A DNA stretch of 63,777 bases, the filler included, from Planctomycetota bacterium (GTDB lineage Bacteria; Planctomycetota; Planctomycetia; JALXBF01), in assembly GCA_026991575.1 (NCBI GenBank). It is 4 parts of 4 records of this genome, joined end to end, with 100 filler letters (N's around TTAATTAATTAA, not from the genome) between each part and the next. Parts side by side here need not be neighbours in the genome. Positions count along the whole stretch, not along the records: positions 49,867 to 57,053 come from JALXBF010000048.1; positions 57,154 to 63,777 come from JALXBF010000061.1; 2 more parts are not named here. One strand, written 5' to 3'. The notes below the pieces were generated by a model. The model had not been told where the DNA came from and did no database searches. It saw nothing but the letters and a program-made list of their open reading frames with translations. A program made the translations under genes and the position numbers. This document shows positions 51,038-60,425 of the stretch, piece after piece (the stretch's first letter is position 1; each line of letters opens with the position of its first letter).

Positions 51038-52525
51038 ATGCGTGCTGATCCACATCGTGCTTCGACAGTGTTCGTTCTATGCGTTGGAACGCTGCTGACG
51101 TTGGGCACGCGCATCGTGGCTGAAGAGGACGACCGAGGTCAGTCTCGGCCCTTCCATAGCCTATTCGCCCACCCGGAGGTAACGCTCACAGCTCTCGGTG
51201 GGAGGTATGTTCCGACACTGCACCGGTACGTCCGATGCGTGGCGAGCTTTGCACGGCGAACACCGAGTCCGGAGGAGGTGCTTGTGTACGAAGGGGTGTT
51301 AGCCGTGCTGCGTCACGCACGTCCTGACCAAATGGCCATGGACTTCAACTACGCCTGGCGCCACTTTCAGATCGTTGGCATTTTGGCCAAGCGGCCACAT
51401 TTTAGCCTGACAGAAGATTTGTTGGACATCGTCGAATCTCATCTGGGAGGCCTACAGGTCGTCGGGCTACAAGGCGGAACGGCATGGTCTCGTACAAGAC
51501 ACATTTACCGTTCTGGTTTCTCGGCGGTGGTTGACCGACGTATGGTTCAGCGCGCACTGCGGTGGAGAAGAAGCCCGTCCAGCACTCTCCGGGCTGTAGC
51601 CGAGTCCTGGTTGCGAGAACTCGGCATCCGGGACGAGAAGTCCATGCCAAATCCATTCTGGCCCTACCGTCGGGGGGCACTCCTAATCGTGGACTCCTGG
51701 AACGGTGGCCCCTCGCCAGGATTTTCACTGCATTGGCACCCGCCGCTCGGGAAGCCTGCGTCCGTTGACCTGGCTGAGCTCATCACCGCACAGGCAGCAC
51801 TCCGGTTGGTCGAACAAGCGCTTCCGCGGAAGGTACCCACCCGCTCGCGGGGAACTGCTGCAGCGGCCGCCACGCTGATGCCATACGAACTGGATGCTGG
51901 CGGCGCGATGGCCCGCATAATCGAAGACGAGTCGCTGCCGACCTGGATGCGGTTCCAAGCCCTGGAGTTGTTTGTTACTCGATCGGCAACCTATGACCTC
52001 GGTTTGCTGAGACGTTTGGCGCTGCCAGCCGTGGAGGGATTCTCGGCCGAAATCATGGCCCTGGGTGCAGTCTGCGCCTTGAGCCGGTGCCCGACGAAGC
52101 GGGCGCTTGAGCTGCTGGTGGATGTCGTGGAGCAGGGCCACGAGTCGGCGCGTTTCCAGGCGGCGTCGCATTTGCGGTTCGTTGCTGGCCTCAAAGTCCC
52201 CCCGCTGGTGGCATGGTTTGACGTGGAGGAACAACACCAGGCGGAACCGTGGCGTAGCCCAGGGGCATGGAGTGACGTGGCACGGTGGATCGTGGACGAC
52301 ACACTGCGAGCGACCGTGGTACGAGACCTGCGGGATCAGGTGAAACGCCTGCCGGAGAACTGGCCCGGAACGAGGCTTTATGACCTGGAACCGTTCTTCC
52401 TGCATCAGCATCCGGCGCCATGGTACCTTGAGCAACATGGCATACCGGAGGTCGTGCTGGAACGCAGCAAAGGCGAGGACGTCTTCTGGATGCCGCATGA
52501 TGGGCAGACGGCGCAGGCAAGGTAG
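51038..52525 (+). CDS. Signal-peptide HEAT-like protein, putative immunity/inhibitor (variant A)
   Basis: GAGG RBS, hydrophobic leader, helical repeats (ALELLVDVV..GHESARFQAASHL); paralog of 58345-59709. Confidence 0.7.
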   Translation: MRADPHRASTVFVLCVGTLLTLGTRIVAEEDDRGQSRPFHSLFAHPEVTLTALGGRYVPTLHRYVRCVASFARRTPSPEEVLVYEGVLAVLRHARPDQMAMDFNYAWRHFQIVGILAKRPHFSLTEDLLDIVESHLGGLQVVGLQGGTAWSRTRHIYRSGFSAVVDRRMVQRALRWRRSPSSTLRAVAESWLRELGIRDEKSMPNPFWPYRRGALLIVDSWNGGPSPGFSLHWHPPLGKPASVDLAELITAQAALRLVEQALPRKVPTRSRGTAAAAATLMPYELDAGGAMARIIEDESLPTWMRFQALELFVTRSATYDLGLLRRLALPAVEGFSAEIMALGAVCALSRCPTKRALELLVDVVEQGHESARFQAASHLRFVAGLKVPPLVAWFDVEEQHQAEPWRSPGAWSDVARWIVDDTLRATVVRDLRDQVKRLPENWPGTRLYDLEPFFLHQHPAPWYLEQHGIPEVVLERSKGEDVFWMPHDGQTAQAR

Positions 52526-52648
52526 CCAGCCCCATGCTGCCGAGAGTAGCGGACGTCGCTCATGCACAAGCGTGCCAACCGGAACGCGCTGTGGAATCAG
52601 AAGCACGTCCGGGATGTGTTCAACTGTCGGATTGCAGAGTACGCGGAC

Positions 52649-52996
52649 GGTCCGACCGGCCCTGAGTCGGAGCGGTTCACGTTTGTGCTGCATGATCTGG
52701 CCCAGCCGCCGACGGCCGAGCAGGTGGCTCAGGGCGGGCTGGCTCCGTATGTGGATGGCATCTACGCGAGTGCGCTCTTTGCGGCGAACCCACTGGCGGA
52801 CTTTACGGATCCGGACACTTCGGACGGCATCACCCCGCAGCTAACTGAGCGGCGTCTGTACGCCGAGGCGGTCGACGCCCTGCTTGCCCGCGAGGACGCC
52901 CTCGGCGAGATCACCTTCGACCTCACCGACTACCTGGGCAGCATCCGCGCCTGGACCGATGCCTCAGGCGCAATCCTGGAGAGCCTTGCCTATGAG
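52649..52996 (+). repeat. RHS core segment shared with 61281-61628
   Basis: About 17 mismatches in 348 nt by hand count. Confidence 0.92.
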
Positions 52997-53385
52997 AGCT
53001 ACGGGCTGCCGCTAGGTATCCCGCCCGTGCGGTCCCGCTTTGGATTCACGGGTAGGGAGTGGATCGGTTCCTCCGACGACTGGTTCGCTCGGGCGAGGTA
53101 TCTGTCGCCGGTAGTTGGCCGGTTCCTGACACAAGATCCCCTGGGTACCGTTACATCGGTGGCCGACGTCGGCGGTTACCTGTATTCGGGCAACAGCCCC
53201 GTTACTCACAAGGACCCGCTCGGTTTGTGGCGGGTCGGTGTGGAAGTGTGCGTGCCTGTTTTCGTTCCCTTCTGGTTCAATGTCGTGTGCGTTGAGCTGT
53301 CGGTCGGTACGGGCGGTGTCGGCGTCTACGTGGGTTATGGCGTAGGGCTGCCTGGCGTCGAACTAGAAGTCGGTCCAGGTGCTAA

Positions 53386-54549
53386 GAATCTGTCCGGAAA
53401 TTCTTTGTGCCGGGTGCGAGAAAGAGGTGTATGGGCAGGGGAAGGTGGCGAGCGGTGGTAGATGCGGATTCATGGAGGTGATAGGTGGGCCGGAAGGGCC
53501 TGATAGGAGAGTTATGGTGGATAGCGTCCCATGAGTGTCGGTGTGATCAGGGTGATCTAGAGGTGTAAACGCAGGAAGCTCGGGCAGACGATTCCGTACT
53601 ATCCGGGACAAGGGGCGATGGCACGGCGCACCTTCTTCGGGAGGGCACGTAGGACATAGTGCCCTGCGGCGAGGGCGACAGCGGCCAGATAGCAGCACCG
53701 CTTGCGGGCCCAGCACAAGCGTACCCCTCGGAAGGACTTCAGCCAAGCTGCGGCGCGTTCCGTGTTGGCCCGCACCCGACGCACCTTCTTCGACGCTCGC
53801 CTGTAGGATGCACGCCGCTTGGCGAACCGTGGCGTGAAACCGTACTCGGCCGCTTGCTCACGCGCCTGGTTGTAGTCATAGCCCTTGTCCGCGACCAGCT
53901 CAGGTCGGATCTTGCCCTGGGCCAACGCGTCCAACACCGGCCCTGCCAACTCCGCCAACGTCTCGCCTAAGAGCTTGAAGTCCGGGATGTTCGCTCCAGC
54001 CACATGCAGGGCCAGTGGCACACCCGCCTCGTCCACCGCCACGGACACCTTCATGCCTTCCTTCCCACGGTCTGCCGGATTAGGCCCGCTGCCCTCACAT
54101 CCCAGTGGGGCCGGCACCAGGGTGCAGTCGATCCCAAGCCGACGCAGCTGCGCCCGACCATCTTCGACGTACAGCGCCACCAGCAACAAGTGCAACAACA
54201 CGAACACCCCAGCCTCAGCCCACCGCTTGAACCACTCGTGTGCCGTGCTCCCGTTGGCCAGCTCATCGGTCGCTGGGATGGCTCTCCACTGGCGTCCCGT
54301 ACGCATCCGATACCAGATCGAGTTGCAGATCCGCCTCAGCGATGTGGCCGGACGACCTCGCCGACCCGGGCCAGACCGCGGCCCAACGCCCAGAGACTTC
54401 ACAATCACCTTGATCAACGCTACAATTGGCTCCGGACAGCGATAGCGAGCGTCCATGCGACGCCTCCCTGCGTTGGGGGTCTGTTTGCCTAACAACAACC
54501 CTCCCCGACGCAGGGAATTTTATGCGTTCAGCATTTTCCGGACAGACTC
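53386..54549 (-). mobile_element. Complete IS5-family element (1164 bp)
   Basis: TIRs GAATCTGTCCGGAAA / GAGTCTGTCCGGAAA (14/15); TAA target duplication at 53383-85 and 54550-52. Confidence 0.93.
53599..54456 (-). CDS. IS5-family transposase
   Basis: RTGRQWRAIP, F.RW...GVF, IDCT, VDEAGVP, ADKGYD, ERAAAWLKSFR; GGGAGG RBS before ATG 54456. Confidence 0.92.
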   Translation of the reverse strand: MDARYRCPEPIVALIKVIVKSLGVGPRSGPGRRGRPATSLRRICNSIWYRMRTGRQWRAIPATDELANGSTAHEWFKRWAEAGVFVLLHLLLVALYVEDGRAQLRRLGIDCTLVPAPLGCEGSGPNPADRGKEGMKVSVAVDEAGVPLALHVAGANIPDFKLLGETLAELAGPVLDALAQGKIRPELVADKGYDYNQAREQAAEYGFTPRFAKRRASYRRASKKVRRVRANTERAAAWLKSFRGVRLCWARKRCCYLAAVALAAGHYVLRALPKKVRRAIAPCPG

Positions 54550-54739
54550 TAAACCGCCAGTCGGCCCGGCCGTCGACATTGGCGTGACGCCGCCTTGGCC
54601 AGGGTATGCCGGCGTCGACGTCAAGATATCAGGAGTTAATCAGGGGCCCCCACCCCCTGCCCCGCATTGGGGGTTGACCCTAGGTACGCCAGGTTTCGAG
54701 GTAACCTACGGTTACCAGTTCTGACACGGCGTCCCGACG

Positions 54740-55216
54740 GTGACGTACTGGCTAGCCTTCGGGTTCATAGTGCATGACTGGCGTGGTGGAGCTTACTGGC
54801 GCTGTGGCGCCAACCGGGCGGGCATCGCGCTGGTTTGGGTTGGCCCGAGAACTATCCGACTACTTATTGTGGGTCCAATCAGGATTAGATTCTGGCGCCC
54901 CTTCCGGACCAGGATTTCAGCGCGCCACGACAGGACAACCCTAGTGGTCCAGTGGGTGGGCTTCGTTGGGCGGACTCTGGCATGGCTCGCTGCTCATCTA
55001 GAGTTGGTAGCCATCCGCCTGACTGGAGAGTGGCACATCGTGCTGTCCCATCCTCAATGGGTTAGGCGATCCCTGGTGCAGGAGTTGAGGAGTCAGGGAT
55101 TCAGAGTGCGGAGTTGTCCGCTAGGCGGACTGGCCGCTGTTCAAGCAGTTATCTGTCCGCCAACGATGCTGAAGAGTTGTTCACGAGACGACGCGTCACC
55201 AACTCTCTGCCGGTGA
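54740..55216 (+). CDS. Putative immunity protein for the upstream RHS toxin
   Basis: 158-aa ORF starting 15 nt after the toxin stop; positional inference only. Confidence 0.5.
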   Translation: MTYWLAFGFIVHDWRGGAYWRCGANRAGIALVWVGPRTIRLLIVGPIRIRFWRPFRTRISARHDRTTLVVQWVGFVGRTLAWLAAHLELVAIRLTGEWHIVLSHPQWVRRSLVQELRSQGFRVRSCPLGGLAAVQAVICPPTMLKSCSRDDASPTLCR

Positions 55217-55315
55217 GGGCGCACGGGCGTAACGGTTCACAGGGCACTGACTCGTTGCTGGGCAGGGAGGCGTTACCGCTACGGGGGGGTAGAGACGGCT
55301 TATGCTGAGTGAGGG

Positions 55316-55968
55316 GTGCGATGGAGCGACAACCCGGAGCGTGCCCGTTCAGCGAGGTGGAAGTCCTCGCCAGGATTCGGTCTGGACCCTGTAGCCGGAG
55401 GTAACTGCGTCTTCGTGAGGGGGCGTGGGGAGCAACCGGAGGCGAACGAGTAGTCCGCACGAGAGGAACCCGATTCGGCCTGACGTCGTGGCGAGCCTGC
55501 CGGGTACTGGCGGAGCCCAAGATGCGTTGTCGGGAGGCCAGGTCAGCATCCGGGGGAAAACAGACCGATCCGGATGGCGACGTGGGGTGGTTGGGGGCGG
55601 AATGCTCGGAAGGTCCGACGACGTGAACGACGGAGGCCTGATGGGCACAGGACGCGAAGAACCTGCGGTACATCAGGGTAAGGGGGTGGGCCCTGTAAGA
55701 CGTCCCCCGGCCAGCCGCTTGGTGCTCGGCGGACTGGAGCGAACCAGAGCACCCAACCGACAGGAGAAGCGGCCCATCAGGAGTCAGAGGGTCACAAGCA
55801 AGCGAGGAAGCGGGGTAATGCCCGTGGAGCGAAGGGACCCAGGAAGGTGGCTGCGTGGAGAACAGGGCTGCGGAAGTGACACCACCGTCCGGAGAGCCGT
55901 ATGCGGGAGAACCGCACGTACGGTTCGGAGGGGGCGGGCCCCGGGCAACCGGGGCTTGCTACCCCTGT
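55316..55968 (+). ncRNA. ORF-less group II intron (about 653 nt)
   Basis: 5' GTGCG; DIII with GGGTAATGCCC..GGAGCGAAG; 49-nt DIV hairpin; canonical DV 55894-55926; DVI with GCAA loop and bulged A55961. Confidence 0.88.
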
Positions 55969-56193
55969 CTCTGTTGATGGGTAGCGCGGGCAGTACCGGT
56001 TTTGTTTTTTTCTACCTCCCATTTCAAGAATCCCCCGACGTCGCGGACCCCGTCCGCGGGGTCGGCGGGGCGGATTTGCGCGCACCGCGCATCTAAAGAA
56101 ACGCAATCACCCTAGCCGCGGGCGGGATCGACCCCTGCGACTCGGCGGCGAAGAAATCTTTCTTGGGGTACGCCGGCGCTACCCCTGAACCTT

Positions 56194-56224
56194 GCGGCAG
56201 GGGGGCGTAAAACCCCCCTGCCGC
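56194..56224. repeat. Perfect 12-bp GC-rich hairpin
   Basis: GCGGCAGGGGGG-CGTAAAA-CCCCCCTGCCGC. Confidence 0.8.
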
Positions 56225-56569
56225 TCATCAAGGCAGGCTGGCGGGTTCAGTCAGCCATCCCCGCGGCAGCGTCTGGGCTACTCGTGGTCGCCTGTTGCCG
56301 TGGCACGGAGTTCTGTACCGTCTACCCACCGGACCGCCTCGGCGCCGCGTGGTTCCGCTTCGGTTGGAGGGCCGTTCAGCTCGCCAGCTGCCGTGAACTC
56401 ACGGGAAGGGGGCTCTCTCGCCCCCCGATGCGCGTCGAAGCGTCTGCGTTCAGCGCGGGGGAAGTGCTCAGCACCGGCTCGCAGGACGTCCTGGAAACGG
56501 CCTACCGGGGGCCCACACGGAAAAGCAGAAACGTACCGAGCTGAGGTGCAGGGGTTCGCAATCGGTGCC

Positions 56570-57053
56570 TTACTCGCGCCCCTCGGCCACGTACAGCGTC
56601 TGACCAATTACCGCAACCGTGCGCTGAGGCTGTTCCGACTGTTGACGGGACCACTCGTCGGCACTGTGCACCAGCCAGACCTCGCCAGCAGTGGTCGATC
56701 CTTTCGGCTCCCACTGCGCACGTAGCCCCACCTGAACCGGCATCATGCTGGTCATCCGGACCGTTGGATGGGACGGCAAAGCGTCCAGCCAGCGCGCCAG
56801 GTATGGGTAATCGGCCAGGACGTTAGAAGCCAGGTTGCCTACCGCCAGATACGCAGCGGGCGGACGCCCGAACGCGAACAGGTTCACATAGGCATGCCAG
56901 TGGGCGAAGCTACTGAGCGTACTGCCCAGTTGGGCAGCAATCAGTGCGGCAACGACCCACCGAGCCCTGCGCAGCCGAGCGACAACCACTGCCCCCCCGA
57001 CCACCAGGAACGGCCATCCGGCAAGCCAATACCGAAACAGGCCGACTTTGCCC
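56570..57053 (-). CDS. C-terminal part of a membrane glycosyltransferase (ArnT/PMT-like; 5' truncated)
   Basis: Open from the contig end: GKVGLFRYWLAGWPFLVV, TM helices, HWHAYVNLF. Confidence 0.55.
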
Positions 57054-57153
57054 NNNNNNNNNNNNNNNNNNNNNNNNNNNNNNNNNNNNNNNNNNNNTTA
57101 ATTAATTAANNNNNNNNNNNNNNNNNNNNNNNNNNNNNNNNNNNNNNNNNNNN
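57054..57153. other. Artificial contig spacer
   Basis: N44-TTAATTAATTAA-N44. Confidence 0.99.
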
Positions 57154-58311
57154 GCGTTTGACATTGACGACCTCAGTGACCACGACGGACCGATAGACGA
57201 CGACACGGACAGCGACAATGACAACACGACGGGGGCGACGGACCAGTACGGTGGGATGGGCGGTTTCGCGACGGCAGGCGGCAGTGTGGTGACGGAGCTC
57301 TGTGTGGAGGCGGGCCAGGAGTACAGCGTGGCGGAAGCAGACCGATGGCTGGTTACGGTGCCGTTTGACGTGGTTGGCTCGGATGACCGGGCGCAACCGG
57401 GGGACAACTATCGTGTGGGGCTGAGTGGTCACAAGAGCGACGAGCTGGACTTTGTGCGGCCGTATGAGAGCGACACGGTTCCGGGCGATGAGCTGTTCTT
57501 GGACTGGAACGCGGATCGATCACGTAGCAACGCCGAGCCGCTGGTGGACGAACAGGAGACGGCATACAACCTTCGGGCAAGCGGTCCCCTGGTGGTGTGG
57601 CGTTGGCTGAACGTCGAGGTGGATTCGATGGCTGGGGGCCCGGACCAGCCCGGTCCGGATGACGTCCGGTTCGACGATGTGCCTGATCCTGACCTCGAAT
57701 CCCTGAGCCGGGCCATGGCCGGCCAGCAGGGAGACCCCATGCTGGACTACCCTGGTGCGTTCGTCTCGGTGCGACGTATGAGACCGGCTGAGTGGAACCA
57801 GCCAAGTCTGCCGTTTTCCTATTGCTTTGACCACTGGCAGCAGTTGCGGGATTATGGTACCGCCAGTAGACAGAGCTTCCCACTCGAAGCGGCGGCGCTC
57901 TGGGTGGTTCACGTGGTAGGCGCCTACGAGGGGGGGAACGGGGCGGCTGGCGCAGGGAGCGATGACGGCGACCCGTGTCCGCAAGACGCAGACCACGACC
58001 CGGACGGCGAGGGTTGGCGGGCCGGAATCACGGTATGGCCGCCTTCGCCATGGGTTCCAACGGAAGAGGAGACGTCGTTTGTGTTCGTGGAAGTCGCCCG
58101 CGACTTGAGCGCAGCCATGGGCGGTTTGCCTGTCAACGAAACGATTTCGCATGTAGCCGCACACGAGGTGGGGCACCAGTTTGGGCTTGCCGACGCTGAC
58201 CGGCACCCCGAGGATCATCTGATGGACGCGTGGGATCTCGCCCAGGGCCGCAGCGCTTGGCGCTGGTTGGAGACAGACATTCAGCAAATCCGAGAAACGG
58301 TGACACCCTAG
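57154..58311 (+). CDS. C-terminal part of a large exoprotein ending in a metzincin domain (variant B; 5' truncated)
   Basis: Same N-terminal part as variant A, divergent C-terminus that keeps HEVGHQFGLAD and LMD. Confidence 0.8.
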   Translation, partial: AFDIDDLSDHDGPIDDDTDSDNDNTTGATDQYGGMGGFATAGGSVVTELCVEAGQEYSVAEADRWLVTVPFDVVGSDDRAQPGDNYRVGLSGHKSDELDFVRPYESDTVPGDELFLDWNADRSRSNAEPLVDEQETAYNLRASGPLVVWRWLNVEVDSMAGGPDQPGPDDVRFDDVPDPDLESLSRAMAGQQGDPMLDYPGAFVSVRRMRPAEWNQPSLPFSYCFDHWQQLRDYGTASRQSFPLEAAALWVVHVVGAYEGGNGAAGAGSDDGDPCPQDADHDPDGEGWRAGITVWPPSPWVPTEEETSFVFVEVARDLSAAMGGLPVNETISHVAAHEVGHQFGLADADRHPEDHLMDAWDLAQGRSAWRWLETDIQQIRETVTP

Positions 58312-58344
58312 AGCCGGCAGGAACGCTATCTCAGGAGGGTCGCG

Positions 58345-59709
58345 ATGTTGGGGGCTACCCCAGTGATCTGTGGAATCGTTATGCTTTTGGCCGCGCAAGT
58401 TGCAGTGCCCGCCCACATCCCTAAACAGCGGTCCCCTTCCGATGCTGAGATATTAACGGTCCTGAGCAGTCGGTTGAACGGGTTGGCGAACCGGAAGTGG
58501 GACGTCGCCTGGCAGTATCGCATTCCCGTCTGGAACGAAGTTGCGCTGTGGGAGCTATCGCTGTGCGTGCTTCGATCTGTAGAGCCAGAGCAACTGGTCA
58601 ACGGCATCTCGCTGGAGGGTGTTCGATCGACGTACACGCTTGAGAGATTGGTTCGTGGGGCATGGCATTCGGCGCTGACGATTGAGATTGCGGACCTTGT
58701 CACAGCTAAGTACACGGCCTTAGCCGATAACAGCGAGGTCGCCCCGATATGGAATCTCGCTTTGCAATTTCCGTGCCTAGATCGGCGTGCGATCCGGATT
58801 GCCGAAGGCTGGCTAGACAGCGACAGTCCCCATCTCCGCAGGCTTGGAGCGCAATGGCTCAAAATGACAGCTTCCCGTCAGGAGTGGCCCTGGAGGCGAC
58901 AAGAGCCGTGGTACATCTGTATCGGGATAGGTAGCCGAGACCCGCGCAAGGGGATTCGAAACACGCTGCGCCACAATCCGGTGTGGCCCTTGGCTTTCCT
59001 TGACGAGCGCACAACAAAGGTCACACCGTCGACAGTGCCTCGCCCGTTGGCAGAGCTGCCGCGAGATATCCGAGCAGAAAGGGTTCGCATGCTGCTTACG
59101 GTTGTTCGCGATCCGGATTGGGACCTGTACCTCCGCTACAGGACACTTGACCTGCTGACGCGGGCCGAGGGGTGGTATGACTTGGCAACCTTGCGTGACC
59201 TGGCGATGTCAAAGCGTGAGGGACTGGCTTCAGAGGTCATGGCCCTAGGCGCGGTGTGTGCGTTGAGCCGGTGTCCCACGAAGCGAGCGCTGGAGCTGCT
59301 GGTGGAGGTAGTCGCACAGGGCCACGAGTCGGCTCGCTTCCAGGCGGCATCGCATTTACGGTTCGTGGCCGGTCTGGAAGTGCCCCCCCTGGTAACCTGG
59401 TTCAACGTGGCGGGACAACGCCGCGCGGAACCGTGGCGACAGCCCGGAGCATGGAGCGATGTCGCACGATGGATCGTGGATGATGCTTTGCGAGCCCACG
59501 TGGTGCGAGACCTGCGGGCTCAGGTTAAGCGTCTTCCGGAGAACTGGCCAGGCGCCAAACAGCCCGAGTTGACACCGTTGCTTTTGCACGATCATCCCGG
59601 TCTGTGGTACGTACACCGGCACCGCATACCGGAGATCGTGTTGGAGCGAAGCAAAGAAGAGGATGTGTTCTGGGTGCCGTACAAGGGCGGGACGGAACGA
59701 ACGCCGTGA
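58345..59709 (+). CDS. Signal-peptide HEAT-like protein, putative immunity/inhibitor (variant B)
   Basis: AGGAGG RBS, signal peptide; C-terminal ~150 aa closely match variant A, N-terminal part strongly diverged. Confidence 0.75.
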   Translation: MLGATPVICGIVMLLAAQVAVPAHIPKQRSPSDAEILTVLSSRLNGLANRKWDVAWQYRIPVWNEVALWELSLCVLRSVEPEQLVNGISLEGVRSTYTLERLVRGAWHSALTIEIADLVTAKYTALADNSEVAPIWNLALQFPCLDRRAIRIAEGWLDSDSPHLRRLGAQWLKMTASRQEWPWRRQEPWYICIGIGSRDPRKGIRNTLRHNPVWPLAFLDERTTKVTPSTVPRPLAELPRDIRAERVRMLLTVVRDPDWDLYLRYRTLDLLTRAEGWYDLATLRDLAMSKREGLASEVMALGAVCALSRCPTKRALELLVEVVAQGHESARFQAASHLRFVAGLEVPPLVTWFNVAGQRRAEPWRQPGAWSDVARWIVDDALRAHVVRDLRAQVKRLPENWPGAKQPELTPLLLHDHPGLWYVHRHRIPEIVLERSKEEDVFWVPYKGGTERTP

Positions 59710-60425
59710 GCGGGGCTCGCTTGCTGCGAAAGACGATCTGCCTCCCGGCTGGACCGTTGCGCCAGCAGGCGGTTTTTCCTTGCCGTGATGCCACACCGAG
59801 CGTTGAGCCTCGGAGCGCGGCCAGGGGCACCGCGAGTTCGCGGTACCGTCGCGTGTGTGCGACCACTCGGCACTGCGACGGTCAGCCCAGGCAAGTGAGT
59901 CGCTTGGAAGCGCAGCCGGCCTCGACTGCAATTACGCCCTTGAGACGGTGGCACGCTTGCCGGTTAGCGCCCACAATCCATAGTTTCCTGAAGCGGCGCG
60001 GCACGGCGCAGTCGACGCGGGCCTAACTGTCTGGCCGGAGGCCGAGCCAGCGTTCGGCCGAAAAAGTGGCAACCCAGCGTTGTCTTGCCTAGTCGGCGCT
60101 ACCGGCTCACGGGGACGGATCTCTCGAAACGGTGAACCCGAGACGCAACCAGAGACCGAGAATGTCGAGCGTCATTGTAGGCCCTCTGCGGCTTCGTGAC
60201 TTTGGGATCTCAGCCCTTGTTCCAAAATCGAGACGAATGGGGATGCCGATTCTGTGAGCCGGTAGGCCATCGTATGAAAACGCGTGTCTTTGCAGTGGAG
60301 CCCACCCGGCGTGTCAGCGTGGGGACTCTGGACAAGCCCCTCGGAGAGCACGTTATGATGGACGACATCAACACGCTGCCGCTGAGTTCCTTCATTGAAG
60401 ATGATGTCGCGCGCCGCTGACCGCC

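Larger units (their letters stand above)
52562..54724 (+). pseudogene. Orphan RHS core plus toxin C-terminus, interrupted by IS5
   Basis: TDYLGSIR, FTGREW, GRFLTQDP, PVTHKDPLGL. Removing 53386-54552 restores the frame to the stop at 54724. Confidence 0.9.

Noticed and set aside
53386..53461. C-terminus NLSGNSLCRVRERGVWAGEGGERW of ORF 52562-53461
   Set aside because: Read-through into the IS5 end; the true continuation resumes at 54553.
55277..55987. CGCTAC-N8-AGAGAC inverted match flanking the intron
   Set aside because: Only two 6-mers, one overlapping the intron end; compatible with chance.
49867..57683. Apparent tandem duplication with 7287-nt spacing
   Set aside because: The copies are on separate contigs, so spacing and order are artefacts of concatenation.
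59710..60425. 716-nt gap with short ORFs (e.g. 60196-60420) as a possible extra immunity gene or intron fragment
   Set aside because: No group II DV/DVI motif, no convincing RBS or recognisable protein; may be decayed cassette sequence.
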